64,000 nt of DNA from Blastocatellia bacterium UBA7656 (GCA_002483445.1 DLHY01000054.1:9149-73148); one strand, 5' to 3'. Shown: positions 41,222 through 51,181, counted from the stretch's first letter. Program-made: numbers and translations. Notes: generated from the letters alone by a model not told the origin.

Positions 41222-43876
41222 GTGAAACTCAATGGTCGTTTCGTGATACTGACCGCCTGCCTGATCGTCCTCAGCCTCGCGCTGGCGCACGGCTCGATCA
41301 ACCGCGCCAAGCTCGGACAGACTCGCAACGTCGCCCTGCCCTCTTACGCGATACTCGATGAGCGAACTGAGCCGATAATCGCTTCGAGCGGCAAGACGGG
41401 ATTCGTCTCATCCGTGACGGCAGGGGCGGTAGTAGCCTTCAGCGTGACAACGGGCCGGGTAATCTCGACGATGGTCGTTGGCGAAACGGCAGGGCCGATC
41501 TCGATGATCCAAACCGAAGGCCGCAGGCTCATCGCGGTTCCTTCGGCGAACAACCCCGCGGCAGGGCATCCGGCGACGGTGAGCATAATCGATGCGACGA
41601 GCGCGAAACGAATGGAGTTGCGCGCGCTCATCGCGCTTCCCTCTTCGGCTCAGATAACCACAGCCACACGCGCTCTGATGACGGGCGACGGGCGTTTCTG
41701 CCTCATAGCGTCGAGCTTCGAAGAGCCTGCGCTTTATGTATTCAAAGTGGACACGGGCGAAGTAGTCTCTCAGTTGTCGCTCGTCGGGCGGCCATCAGAG
41801 ATCGCGCTTTACGAAAGCGGCGCGACGAGTAAAGTAGCCGTCGCAAGCGCAGTGTCGAACTCTCTTTCTTTGATCCGGCTCGACGAAGAAGGGCAATTGA
41901 GTCTCGCAGGAAGTTTCAGCCCGTCGGACGCTCGACTCGATGAGTGGAATAATCCGGCTTTCAGTCACGACGGGCAGGAAGTTTATATAGCCGCTCTGGC
42001 TGGCGATCAGTTATTTTGCGTCAATGCCGGAAACGGCGCTTTGATCGCGAACATCGAGGTTGAATCGCCCCAGCGAGTAAGCGTGACGAGAGACGCGAAG
42101 GGAACGGACATTGCTGGAGTGACTCGCATAAGACGGCCCACGAGCTATCGTCCGGGCGGCGCGACAATAATTGACAAGCAGGGGCAGCGGCTTTCGGTTC
42201 GCGCGGAGTTCAACACTCCTGACGGGATAGATTTCACTCGTGCCAACAATCTGGTTTTTGACAGCCTCGGAGAAGTGGCTTTCATCGGTTCATCTTCAGG
42301 GATGCTCTTCGCTTTCAACACCACATCGGGCGAGTTGGACTCTTTCCAGTCGATAGGCGGCTCTCTGGGCGGGCTTGGGTTGAGCGAAAAAGGGCGCGCT
42401 TTAGCTGTCGTGCGCTCTTCGTCGAGCGGCGATGAAGTGGTCATAGTCGGGTTCGATCTCACAAGCTCAGAAGAGTCAGAGCCTGGGCCTGAAATCACGA
42501 GGCTCGATCCTGCAATGGTCGAGCAGGGCCGACTGAAAAATCTTCGCCTGCGAGTGATCGGCCAGAATTTCACCGAAGGCGCATCCTTGATAGTCAACAA
42601 CGATGTGGAAACGGCAGCCGAACTTCTGAAGGGCGGGCGCGCGCTCGAAGCCAGACTGCCCAAATCTCTGTTCGATAATCCGGGAATGATTCAGATACGA
42701 GCCAAAGGCGCGAACGGCGCTGTTTCAAATGCGCTCTTCCTCAGTGTCGTCCCTCCCGAAGCGCCGATAATTGATCGCATAAGGCCGAAAGACGTTCCCG
42801 GCCCGAGCGATCCGTTTACTCTGAAAGTCACGGGAAAAAACTTCCGGGCAAGCTCCGTGATCATCGTCGACGATCACAGGCTCAACACCCAGCGCGTGAG
42901 CAACCGCGAGCTTCGCGCGCAGGTCGGGGCGGAAACAGCCAGTCAGCTAGGCCAACACAAGGTTCGCGTCGGAGACCTGCTCGTGACTGATCTGGTGTCG
43001 AACGAAACGAGTTTCGAGCTTTTCGGCCCGCGGATAACGGAACTCAAGCCAGCCGTCGAAGCGGTGGTCGCGGGCGGGGGCGGATTCAAATTGAGGATCA
43101 TAGGCGAGAACTTCCGCTCTGGCGCGATAGTCAGGATAAACGGCGAGAAGATTCCTTCATCGCAGATGATACGTCAATCGGGAACCTCGATCAGGGTGAG
43201 TGTGTCGAGGCGGATGGTCGAGCGGGCAGGCAAGCTTTCGGTAGTGGTTCGCAACCGGGAAGGCGGCGAGTCTGAGCCGAAGGAGTTTGATGCCTTCGCG
43301 CCTCAGATCAAAATGTTCCTCCCCGGCAAGGTGCTTGCGGGGCGGTCGGATGTGAAGGTGGATATTCGCGGCGAGCATTTCCGCAAAAAGGCGCAGGTTT
43401 TAATAAATGATGCGCGCCTGGAGAAGCGAAGCGTGAAATTCCGATCAAGGACGCGAATCGTTGTGACGCTGGCAGGAGAGTTGAATGAATTGTTGTCTCA
43501 GCCTGGAGTGCTGAAATTTCAGGTAGTCAATCCGAATAAATCCACCGGCGTACCCTCCGAACCGAGCGACCTTGAAGTCGCGGGGCCGGAAATCAGCGAG
43601 GCGATCATAGTGCCTGTCACAGATGACAACTCGCAGGTGAAGATCGTGATAAGGGGGGCAAACTTTCGCTCCGGAGCCAGAGTCCTGTTCGTCAAAGACG
43701 ATGCAGTTGTTCGCCGACAGGACGCCGAACGAGTGCGCGAAGACCAGATGATAGTCACCTTGAAGGTCAAAAAGCTGGACGCTTTAGGCGACTTCCAGTT
43801 GCGAGTCGTCAATCCCGGCAACGTGCGCTCGAACGCCGAGCGCCCCCGTCCGGGCGAGCAGACGGAAGATCGGTAG
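41222..43876 (+). CDS. Large exported protein: beta-propeller plus about five IPT/TIG-like repeats
   Basis: Signal peptide from GTG at 41222; propeller-like blades; repeats P-x-I-x-x-L-x-P...GxNF...V-x-N. Confidence 0.7.
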   Translation: MKLNGRFVILTACLIVLSLALAHGSINRAKLGQTRNVALPSYAILDERTEPIIASSGKTGFVSSVTAGAVVAFSVTTGRVISTMVVGETAGPISMIQTEGRRLIAVPSANNPAAGHPATVSIIDATSAKRMELRALIALPSSAQITTATRALMTGDGRFCLIASSFEEPALYVFKVDTGEVVSQLSLVGRPSEIALYESGATSKVAVASAVSNSLSLIRLDEEGQLSLAGSFSPSDARLDEWNNPAFSHDGQEVYIAALAGDQLFCVNAGNGALIANIEVESPQRVSVTRDAKGTDIAGVTRIRRPTSYRPGGATIIDKQGQRLSVRAEFNTPDGIDFTRANNLVFDSLGEVAFIGSSSGMLFAFNTTSGELDSFQSIGGSLGGLGLSEKGRALAVVRSSSSGDEVVIVGFDLTSSEESEPGPEITRLDPAMVEQGRLKNLRLRVIGQNFTEGASLIVNNDVETAAELLKGGRALEARLPKSLFDNPGMIQIRAKGANGAVSNALFLSVVPPEAPIIDRIRPKDVPGPSDPFTLKVTGKNFRASSVIIVDDHRLNTQRVSNRELRAQVGAETASQLGQHKVRVGDLLVTDLVSNETSFELFGPRITELKPAVEAVVAGGGGFKLRIIGENFRSGAIVRINGEKIPSSQMIRQSGTSIRVSVSRRMVERAGKLSVVVRNREGGESEPKEFDAFAPQIKMFLPGKVLAGRSDVKVDIRGEHFRKKAQVLINDARLEKRSVKFRSRTRIVVTLAGELNELLSQPGVLKFQVVNPNKSTGVPSEPSDLEVAGPEISEAIIVPVTDDNSQVKIVIRGANFRSGARVLFVKDDAVVRRQDAERVREDQMIVTLKVKKLDALGDFQLRVVNPGNVRSNAERPRPGEQTEDR

Positions 43877-43888
43877 CTGAGAATCGAA

Positions 43889-43975
43889 GAGTGGGAAGAA
43901 AAGAGTGGGGGAATGGGAGAGTGGGAGATGAAAACCCATTCCCCCATTCTCCCACTCCCCCATTCTCCCATTCCT
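43889..43975. repeat. Octamer-unit (GGGAGAGT-like) tandem-inverted palindrome
   Basis: gagtgggggaatgggagagtgggag...cccattcccccattctcccactcccccattctccc. Confidence 0.75.
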
Positions 43976-44015
43976 GCTCTCACCTCTTCACCCTTTCATC
44001 CGCGTCCGTGTAGTG

Positions 44016-44024
44016 TGCTATACT
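44016..44024 (+). promoter_or_regulatory. Extended -10 promoter of rnpB
   Basis: TGcTATACT about 16 nt upstream of the P1 helix. Confidence 0.65.
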
Positions 44025-44039
44025 CACGCCTGAGTTTGA

Positions 44040-44516
44040 GGAGTGGGTTGGGCGGTCGCCCTTTTGAGATTTCAGATTTGAAATTTCAAATTTGAAATTT
44101 CAGAAGCGGAGGAAAGTCCGAACACCACAGAGCGGCGGACTGGCTAACGGCCAGGCGGGGCGACCCGACGACAAGTGCAACAGAGAATAGACCAGCCGAT
44201 GGCTTCGCAAGAAGATCAGGTGATGGGTGAAACGGTGGGGCCGCGAGGCTTAATGTAAGAGCCCACCAGCACGGGTGGCGACACCTCGTGGCTAGGCAAA
44301 CTCTCCGCGGTGCAAGACCAAATAGGGAGGCGTTCGAGGGCGGCTCGCCCGAAACGCGCGAGCGTAGCCGCTCAGGCGGAAATGCTCAAGCGTTACGACC
44401 TCCGGGTAGGTCGCTTGAGCGGCGGAGCAATCCGTCGCCCAGATGAATGATCGCCGCTTGCTCTTAGGCATTCGTGCTGAAAAGCGGGTACAGGATTCGG
44501 CTTACAGACCCACTCC
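44040..44516 (+). ncRNA. rnpB: RNase P RNA, bacterial type A
   Basis: GAGGAAAGTCC, AGTGCAACAGA, GGTGAAAC, GTAAGAG, GCAAGACCAAATAGG, ACAGGATTCGGCTTA; P1 GGAGTGGGT/ACCCACTCC. Confidence 0.96.
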
Positions 44517-44544
44517 AAAAACACAACCTCCTGTGGAGATAAAA

Positions 44545-45252
44545 GTGAATAAGAACAAATATCTTTTCGCCCTGATAGGACTACTCGCCGGGTTTCTCAT
44601 AAGCTATTACGCGACAAAATCGATAAATGAAAGTTCGGCGGGGGCTGCTCCCCGAACTCCTGCGGGCGCGCCCGCCGGCGGTCAGAATCAGCAGGCGATG
44701 ATGGGCGATGTGCGCGCTGTGATTGAAAAGGCAAAAAACAACCCGCAGGATTTCGAAGCGCAGGTCGCTGCGGCAAGCGTTCATGCTCAGATAGGCAGAA
44801 GCAAGGAGGCTGTCGAACTGCTTGAGAAAGCTTATCAGATCAATCCCGTAGAGCTTGGCAAACTCGAAGGCGCTGTCGGGTTTATAGGTCAGTATTATCT
44901 TAAAGAGAAAAACTTCTCTGAGGCGGAAAAATGGTTCCGTCGAGGACTGGAATTGCAGCCCAATGAAATCGAATTGCACATAGAGCTTGCCACCGCCTTA
45001 CTTGAGCGCGAGCCTCCCGCGCCCGACAAGGCGATTGCGCCTCTTGAGCAGGCATTGAAGATTCAACCTAAAAACGGTCACGCGCTCGGACATCTCGTCG
45101 AGGCTTATCTCCTGAAAAAAGACGTCCGCACTGCTGAAGATACTCTGGGCAGACTCCGAGAAGCCGAGCCTGCCAATAAGAGAATCTCAATCTATCAAAA
45201 TCTGATAGCAGACCTTAAAGCGGGCAAACCTATAACGATCCCGAAAGAGTAA
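44545..45252 (+). CDS. Membrane-anchored TPR protein
   Basis: GTG after GGAG, downstream of rnpB; N-terminal TM, TPR motifs. Confidence 0.8.
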   Translation: MNKNKYLFALIGLLAGFLISYYATKSINESSAGAAPRTPAGAPAGGQNQQAMMGDVRAVIEKAKNNPQDFEAQVAAASVHAQIGRSKEAVELLEKAYQINPVELGKLEGAVGFIGQYYLKEKNFSEAEKWFRRGLELQPNEIELHIELATALLEREPPAPDKAIAPLEQALKIQPKNGHALGHLVEAYLLKKDVRTAEDTLGRLREAEPANKRISIYQNLIADLKAGKPITIPKE

Positions 45253-45267
45253 CCGGCAAGGTGACGT

Positions 45268-45516
45268 GTGCTGCTGAGGATAATAATCATCTGCCTCATC
45301 GCGCTCTGGATTTATCGCTTCGTCCGTCGCCTGCTTCCACCTCCGCCTCATCGTCCTTCGAGAGTCGGCAATCGTCCCGCGCCGGCGGTTCGCGCGGAGA
45401 TGCTCAGATGCGGCTCCTGTGGGATGTTTATCACCAGAGCGAGCGCGATCATGTCAGACCAGACGCCTTACTGTTCGATGGACTGCGCCCGAAACACAGC
45501 CAAGCAGCGTTCCTGA
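45268..45516 (+). CDS. Small membrane-anchored Cys4 zinc-finger protein (PP0621-like)
   Basis: N-terminal TM; MLRCGSCGMFI...YCSMDC. Confidence 0.7.
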   Translation: MLLRIIIICLIALWIYRFVRRLLPPPPHRPSRVGNRPAPAVRAEMLRCGSCGMFITRASAIMSDQTPYCSMDCARNTAKQRS

Positions 45517-45731
45517 TGTCGTTGAACAGGTTTTTGTCATATCGAAAAATTTTTGCAGTGTTTTCCGAAAAGATTCCGTCTTAATGATTAGAGGGGAAAA
45601 ACGAAAGCCCCTCTGACAGCAAAACGATTTCGGTGCATGGGTTATGGTTCTTTCTTTAATCTTCTACTGCCGCTCGCCCTTGTCAGAAGCCGAGAAGCTG
45701 AATTTTATTTTTTAGAAAGGCATGATTCATT

Positions 45732-46712
45732 ATGAGTTTGCGAGACGCGGTCAATTCATTTCTGGGTAGAAAGAATGACTCGGAAATTTCAGAGTGTCCC
45801 CGCGAACCGGATATTCTTTCCTACATCGAAGACAGATTCCCGACTGACAAACGCGCGCAGATGGAATCACATTTCACAAAATGCCCCAACTGCCGTGAAT
45901 TTCTGGCGATTTTTTCCCGCGTGTCTGAAGAATATATCGAAGGTTCATCCGCGCCCCCATCTGAAGAAGAGGTAAAGGCGCAAACAGCCCTGGTGCTTGA
46001 TGAAATCAGAAAAGACGAATCGAAGCACCAGGCTCTTTCTCCCGAGCCGCCCCCCCGGCCTGGAGTATATGTTCCGTACTGGCAGCTTGCCGCTGCAGCC
46101 TCCTTCATCATAGTCATCGCTGTCGCTGTTTACTGGCGCACCCGTGAGCCGTCGCCTGATCAATTCGCTATGCAATCGCTGGCTCTGACGATGAAAGATA
46201 AAAGGCCCGTCGAGCCGCGAATGTCGGGCGGGTTCGCCCGGTCCGAATACGCGCCGACTCGCGGAGAGGAAAACAGCGACCGATTGAAGATCGAAACCGC
46301 GATCAGACGCATGGACTTTGCCAGATCGCCTTCAGCCCCTCAGAAGGCTCGATTGGTTCTGGCGAGGCTTTATCTCGCCAGCGGCAGAGAAAATGCCGAG
46401 CGCGCGCTTTCGATCCTCAGCGAGATGGACTCCACCGGCAAGGCTTCAGCCGAATCGCTCAACGATCTGGGCGTGGCGATGTTTGAGATGGAGCGATTTG
46501 AAGAAGCCGTTGACGCTTTCACCCGTGCGCTCCAAAAATCGCCTGGTTTCGAGGAAGCCATATTCAACAGGGCGCTGGCAAATAATCGGGCAGGGCGTTA
46601 CGCAGAAGCTCGCCAGGACTGGCAGGAGTTCATCAACAAATCATCGGACGAGCATTGGAAAATTGAAGCTCAACGACATCTCGATTTGACGCCCCTCTCT
46701 CCCTCTCGTTAA
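45732..46712 (+). CDS. Anti-sigma-like zf-HC2 / TM / TPR protein
   Basis: MESHFTKCPNCRE (HxxxCxxC), single TM, EPRMSGGF...TRG, TPRs. Confidence 0.78.
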   Translation: MSLRDAVNSFLGRKNDSEISECPREPDILSYIEDRFPTDKRAQMESHFTKCPNCREFLAIFSRVSEEYIEGSSAPPSEEEVKAQTALVLDEIRKDESKHQALSPEPPPRPGVYVPYWQLAAAASFIIVIAVAVYWRTREPSPDQFAMQSLALTMKDKRPVEPRMSGGFARSEYAPTRGEENSDRLKIETAIRRMDFARSPSAPQKARLVLARLYLASGRENAERALSILSEMDSTGKASAESLNDLGVAMFEMERFEEAVDAFTRALQKSPGFEEAIFNRALANNRAGRYAEARQDWQEFINKSSDEHWKIEAQRHLDLTPLSPSR

Positions 46713-46738
46713 CTTCAGCCCCCAATATGAATGAAATC

Positions 46739-46765
46739 GGCGCAGGCAAGCCTGCGCCTTTTTTT
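46739..46765 (+). terminator. Rho-independent terminator
   Basis: GGCGCAGGC-AA-GCCTGCGCC followed by T7. Confidence 0.8.
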
Positions 46766-48593
46766 ATTTGAGCCAGGCCTCGCCTATCGTCGCATCGACG
46801 CTTACCGGGACGCTGCGAATGAACTCACGGGCGGCGGCGACCATCTCGCGCTCGACCGCGCGGGCGCACTCTTCGGCTTCGCCTTCGGCGACTTCCACGA
46901 CGATTTCATCATGCACGCAGTTGACTATCCGCGCGTCGAATTGCTTCAGCGCGTCGTAGAGAAGCGCGAGCGCGCGCTTGAGCATATCCGCATTCGAACC
47001 CTGAAGAGGACTGTTCTTGCCTATCCGCTGAGTGGCCGCGACCTGCGCGCGGTCTTCCTGATCGAAAGTGAAACAGATCAGCCGCCCCGCCCGCGTGCGA
47101 GTCTGGCGGTCATGGACTGCGCGGTCAGCGGCATCGCGCAGCCACGCGGCTACTCCGCTGTAGGCCGCGAAATATTTTCGAATCAATCCCTCGGCTTCTT
47201 CCGCCGTGCAATCGATTCGCGCCGCAAGTCCCTGCGCGCCAAGTCCGTACATCAGGCCGTAGTTCAATTGCTTGGCTGCCGCGCGCTGATCTTTCCTCAC
47301 CTCATCGAGCGGCACATCAAACATCTGACTCGCCGTCACCGAGTGCAAATCCTCGCCCGACATCAGAGCTTTAACCAGCGCCGTATCCTGCGACCAGTCG
47401 GCAAGTATTCGCAACTCGATCTGCGAATAATCGGCGGTCACTATCTTCCGCCCTGCGGGAGCGCGAAAACAGGAGCGATATTCGGGAGTGTTCGGAATCT
47501 GCTGCATGTTCGGATTGCTGCAACTCATTCGCCCGCCCATCGCGCCTATCTGATGAAAGTCGGAATGTATCCGGCCCGTCGCCTTATGCACATGATCGAG
47601 AATAGTCGTCCCGTAGCTTGAAAGCGCCTTCTGTACGCTGCGATATTCGAGCAGCTTTCTGACAACAGGATGCTTGTCGGCGAGCGGTTGAAGCTCAAGG
47701 TTGCGCGTGCCTTCGACCTTGATGCCCAGGCGTTTGAGCGCATCGACGATTTGCGCGGGGCTGTCCAGGTTGATGTTCACTTCGCCAAAGAGGGTCATCT
47801 GTTGCACGCCCGCCGCAAGCTCGCGCTTCAGGTCGGATGAAAGTATCTCGTGCGCGCGCTCGACGCCTTCGACCAGATTGCGCCAGCAATCAGTGTCTAT
47901 AGGCATCCCGGCTATCTCCATAGCGGCAAGCGGGAGAGCGCATTCGAATTCGATTCGGGCCACTTCTTCAAGACCAAGCTCGATGATTCTTTGTTCGAGT
48001 CGCTCTCTGAGCGGAAGAAGCAGCGCGGCATCCTTCGCCGCGTATTCGTATTGAATATCGCTCAAATTCTTCGACCAGTCGCTCACCTGCTGAGTCTTGT
48101 CAACGCTCACGCCGAGATATCTTTCAACCACGCCAGCAAGAGAGTGACTTCCTTCGCTTCGGCCGGCGGAAATCATCTGGCTCGAAAGCAGAGTGTCGAA
48201 GACTCCCCGCACTTCCAGATTGAAATGATGCAAGAGCATCTTCATATCGAATTTCGAGTGATGGAGAACCTTCGTCGCAGACGCGCTTGAAAGAACTTCG
48301 CGCAGTGCGGCGTTTGCGAGCGCATCGACTTTGAACAGATCGAATATGAAGACGTGATCAGGAGTGGAGATTTGAAGCAGTCGCACGCGGCTCGTGTATG
48401 GATCGAGTCCGGTGGTTTCAGTATCGACGCCTATCGCCCGGTGCCGAGCTATTTCGCGCGTCGCGCTTTCAATCTGCGAGTCGTTTTCTATGAGCGTGTA
48501 AACAGTATCGGTCACTTTCGGCCTTTCCTCGCAGCGCGCAAACTTGAGAAAGCTCTTCGCGCCCGATATAGTTGGAAATTCTCGCACAATCAT
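46764..48593 (-). CDS. Family A DNA polymerase lacking the 5'-3' nuclease (3'-5' exonuclease plus polymerase)
   Basis: ExoI VDTETTGLD; motif A DYSQIELR; motif B KQLNYGLMYG; motif C VHDEIV; only 609 aa. Confidence 0.92.
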   Translation of the reverse strand: MIVREFPTISGAKSFLKFARCEERPKVTDTVYTLIENDSQIESATREIARHRAIGVDTETTGLDPYTSRVRLLQISTPDHVFIFDLFKVDALANAALREVLSSASATKVLHHSKFDMKMLLHHFNLEVRGVFDTLLSSQMISAGRSEGSHSLAGVVERYLGVSVDKTQQVSDWSKNLSDIQYEYAAKDAALLLPLRERLEQRIIELGLEEVARIEFECALPLAAMEIAGMPIDTDCWRNLVEGVERAHEILSSDLKRELAAGVQQMTLFGEVNINLDSPAQIVDALKRLGIKVEGTRNLELQPLADKHPVVRKLLEYRSVQKALSSYGTTILDHVHKATGRIHSDFHQIGAMGGRMSCSNPNMQQIPNTPEYRSCFRAPAGRKIVTADYSQIELRILADWSQDTALVKALMSGEDLHSVTASQMFDVPLDEVRKDQRAAAKQLNYGLMYGLGAQGLAARIDCTAEEAEGLIRKYFAAYSGVAAWLRDAADRAVHDRQTRTRAGRLICFTFDQEDRAQVAATQRIGKNSPLQGSNADMLKRALALLYDALKQFDARIVNCVHDEIVVEVAEGEAEECARAVEREMVAAAREFIRSVPVSVDATIGEAWLK

Positions 48594-48653
48594 AAGTCAG
48601 TGGCCAGATGTTAGTTGAAGATTCTGTGCTGACATCGGCTCAGGGTGATAACG

Positions 48654-49991
48654 ATGAGTGATACGGAGAGTCGATTCAGGCAAAGGCGCGAAGAATTCAT
48701 GCAGCGCATACGCGGCGGAGCGGCCCTGTTTCCTGCCGCGCCGACCGCGATTCGCAATGGCGATGTCGAGCATGAGTACAGGCAGGACACGGATTTTTAT
48801 TACCTGACCGGATTCGAAGAGCCGGGCGCTCTCGCCGTCCTCACGCCTGATCACCCGGAGCATAAATTCGTCCTCTTCGTTCAGCCCAAAGACCGCGAGA
48901 AAGAAGTGTGGACGGGATGGCGCGCGGGCGAAGAAGGAGCCGTGCGCGACTATTCAGCAGACAAAGCTTTCACTATCGACAAGCTCGGAGAAGAACTTCC
49001 CCGCCTGATCGAAAAGACGGATCGCGTTTATTATCGCTTCGGCTCAGACCCGACTTTCGATGAAAGAATGATAGGGCTGATGCGCCGCTTTCAACGCCAG
49101 CGTCAGCGCGAAGGCTACGGCCCGACTTCCGTAATCGACCCGGCTGAGATGCTTCACGAGATGCGGCTCGTTAAAACCGCAGACGAGCTTTCATTGCTTC
49201 GCCAAGCAGTCGAGATAAGTTGCAACGGGCATCTGGCGGCTATCGAAGCGATCCGCCCCGGAGTTTACGAGTACGAAATCGAAGCCGCGCTTCGTTACAC
49301 GTTTCGACGCGAGGGAAGCCCACGCTGCGGATACGCGCCCATAGTCGCATCGGGCGCAAACGCGACGGTGCTGCACTACACGACGAACAACAGAAGAGTC
49401 GAAGACGGCGACCTCGTGCTGATCGATGCGGGAACTGAATTCGGCTACTACACGGGAGACATAACGAGGACGTATCCGGCAAACGGGCGATTCACCGCAG
49501 AGCAGGCAGCGATTTATAACCTTGTGCTTGAAGCTCAACTGGAAGCGATCAAAGCGGTGAGACCGGGCGAGACATTCATCCATCCGCACGAGCGCGCGCT
49601 CCGAGTGTTGGTCGAAGGCATGTTGAAAATGGGCTTGCTCGAAGGCGAAGCGGAAGAAGTGATCAAGGAAGAGAAATATAAAAAGTTTTACATGCACCGG
49701 ACGAGTCACTGGCTGGGGATGGACGTTCACGACGCAGGGCCATACAAAGTGGCGGACGAATGGCGGAGGCTTGAGCCGGGGATGGTTTTGACCATCGAGC
49801 CGGGAATTTATATCGCTCAGGACACTGAAGGGGTTGATACGCGATATCTCGGCATCGGAGTGCGAATAGAAGACGATGTGCTGGTGACTCGTGACGGCAA
49901 TGAAGTGCTGTCGGCTCGCGTCCCGAAAAGTATTGAAGAGATCGAAGCCGTGCTAGATGCTTGCGCCTACCGGCGAGGCGAAAAGGTATAG
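48654..49991 (+). CDS. pepP: Xaa-Pro aminopeptidase
   Basis: YRQDTDFYYLTGF, LIDAG, DITRTYP, HWLGMDVHD, EPGIY, GVRIEDD. Confidence 0.95.
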   Translation: MSDTESRFRQRREEFMQRIRGGAALFPAAPTAIRNGDVEHEYRQDTDFYYLTGFEEPGALAVLTPDHPEHKFVLFVQPKDREKEVWTGWRAGEEGAVRDYSADKAFTIDKLGEELPRLIEKTDRVYYRFGSDPTFDERMIGLMRRFQRQRQREGYGPTSVIDPAEMLHEMRLVKTADELSLLRQAVEISCNGHLAAIEAIRPGVYEYEIEAALRYTFRREGSPRCGYAPIVASGANATVLHYTTNNRRVEDGDLVLIDAGTEFGYYTGDITRTYPANGRFTAEQAAIYNLVLEAQLEAIKAVRPGETFIHPHERALRVLVEGMLKMGLLEGEAEEVIKEEKYKKFYMHRTSHWLGMDVHDAGPYKVADEWRRLEPGMVLTIEPGIYIAQDTEGVDTRYLGIGVRIEDDVLVTRDGNEVLSARVPKSIEEIEAVLDACAYRRGEKV

Positions 49992-50022
49992 ACGAACCTG
50001 AATCGAGAGTAAACGTAAAGCC

Positions 50023-50496
50023 ATGACAAAGAATATGAGCCAACAGGAAACAGAAGGGCCTCAAGCCGTTAGAACTATAGCTGAACTTTGTTTGCTTGCA
50101 GGCATGGCAATTCTGTTGCTGTCGCAAGTATTTCTCATCTTTGATTGGAGCAGGTATCTTGCTGCCGCAGGCGCAATCATTTTTGTCTTTGGATATGTTT
50201 TTATCAAACTGATTGCTAAAGAGGGAAAAGTCTGGTCAGTTTTCGACCTATTCTTAATCGTTGGCATAGTCCTAATAGCTGTGGGCGCCTTTTGGAACCG
50301 GACAGTTTTTCTGTTGGGAGGGTTTGCTTTGTTAGCAATGCCAGCGATACCTCACATAATACAATTCGTGAAGGGGGTCAGGAGCTACTTCGTTAAGTCT
50401 TATCGTGAAATTTCACAGAAAGATAGAGATGCAGCGCGTAATAACACCGTGGCTAACAAACGCTCGACCAAAGCGATGAGCGACAGACGGGGCTGA
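50023..50496 (+). CDS. Hypothetical membrane protein (about 4 TM), AT-richer than its neighbours
   Basis: Four hydrophobic segments; visibly AT-rich sequence. Confidence 0.55.
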   Translation: MTKNMSQQETEGPQAVRTIAELCLLAGMAILLLSQVFLIFDWSRYLAAAGAIIFVFGYVFIKLIAKEGKVWSVFDLFLIVGIVLIAVGAFWNRTVFLLGGFALLAMPAIPHIIQFVKGVRSYFVKSYREISQKDRDAARNNTVANKRSTKAMSDRRG

Positions 50497-50525
50497 TCGC
50501 CGCAGGAAATTTTCAGGAGGAACAG

Positions 50526-50915
50526 GTGTTGCACAGACAGATACTCGCCGCATTGTTTGCCTTGATGATTGCGACTGTCGGATTGAGTCGAACTCAGGAT
50601 AGCACGAAGTACGAGCTTTATAGCTGGAAGCAGGGGAACGTATGGTATTACGCGCTTTTTGAAGAAGGAACTCGCGCCGCGGCTTACGAAGAAATCGTTT
50701 CAGAAAAATCGACGATCAAGGGAACAGCCGCGCTTGAAGCCGCTCTCAAAAAACTCCCAAAGGGCAAAGAAATTCTGTGGATGTCGGATGCGCCTCCGGG
50801 CATCGAAAAGCCCAACGGGAAAAATCTGCCTGATCTCAAGCTTCCCTCGCGACAGAGAATCAAGCGAGTGAAAGCCTATTGCGATAGGCTCGGCATAAAA
50901 CTGACGCTGGTTTGA
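50526..50915 (+). CDS. Hypothetical exported protein
   Basis: AGGAGG RBS, signal peptide, YELYSWK motif. Confidence 0.65.
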   Translation: MLHRQILAALFALMIATVGLSRTQDSTKYELYSWKQGNVWYYALFEEGTRAAAYEEIVSEKSTIKGTAALEAALKKLPKGKEILWMSDAPPGIEKPNGKNLPDLKLPSRQRIKRVKAYCDRLGIKLTLV

Positions 50916-51066
50916 TCGCGTCCCCGCCGACGACAATTGTTGGAAATGCTAAATTGAAACTTCAGTGACTCGAAAATATTTCGACCACCCTTTTTGTGGA
51001 CACACAAAAAATCACTGTAAACACAGAGCGTGATCCTTACCGTAAATTCAAGTACCAGCGGCGCTC

Positions 51067-51110
51067 GTTCAATAATAAATTAACCTCCCTGTTAGAACCT
51101 TGTAACGTCC
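51067..51110 (+). promoter_or_regulatory. Putative PHO-box-like 11-bp direct repeats upstream of phytase
   Basis: gttcaataata / aattaacctcc / ctgttagaacc / ttgtaacgtcc with 11-nt period. Confidence 0.45.
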
Positions 51111-51181
51111 GCTGGCATCTATGAGTATTCGATTTTTGAGAATATCGAAGAATATCTTTACAGCTTTTGAAAGGTCGCATC

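Noticed and set aside
44443-44544. N-terminal extension of the TPR ORF in the ORF track
   Set aside because: Overlaps the 3' end of rnpB; a better start with RBS lies at 44545
50060-50500. Integron-cassette-like look of the AT-rich membrane gene (GTTAG...CTAAC)
   Set aside because: Core sites are imperfect, no attC palindrome follows and no integrase is present
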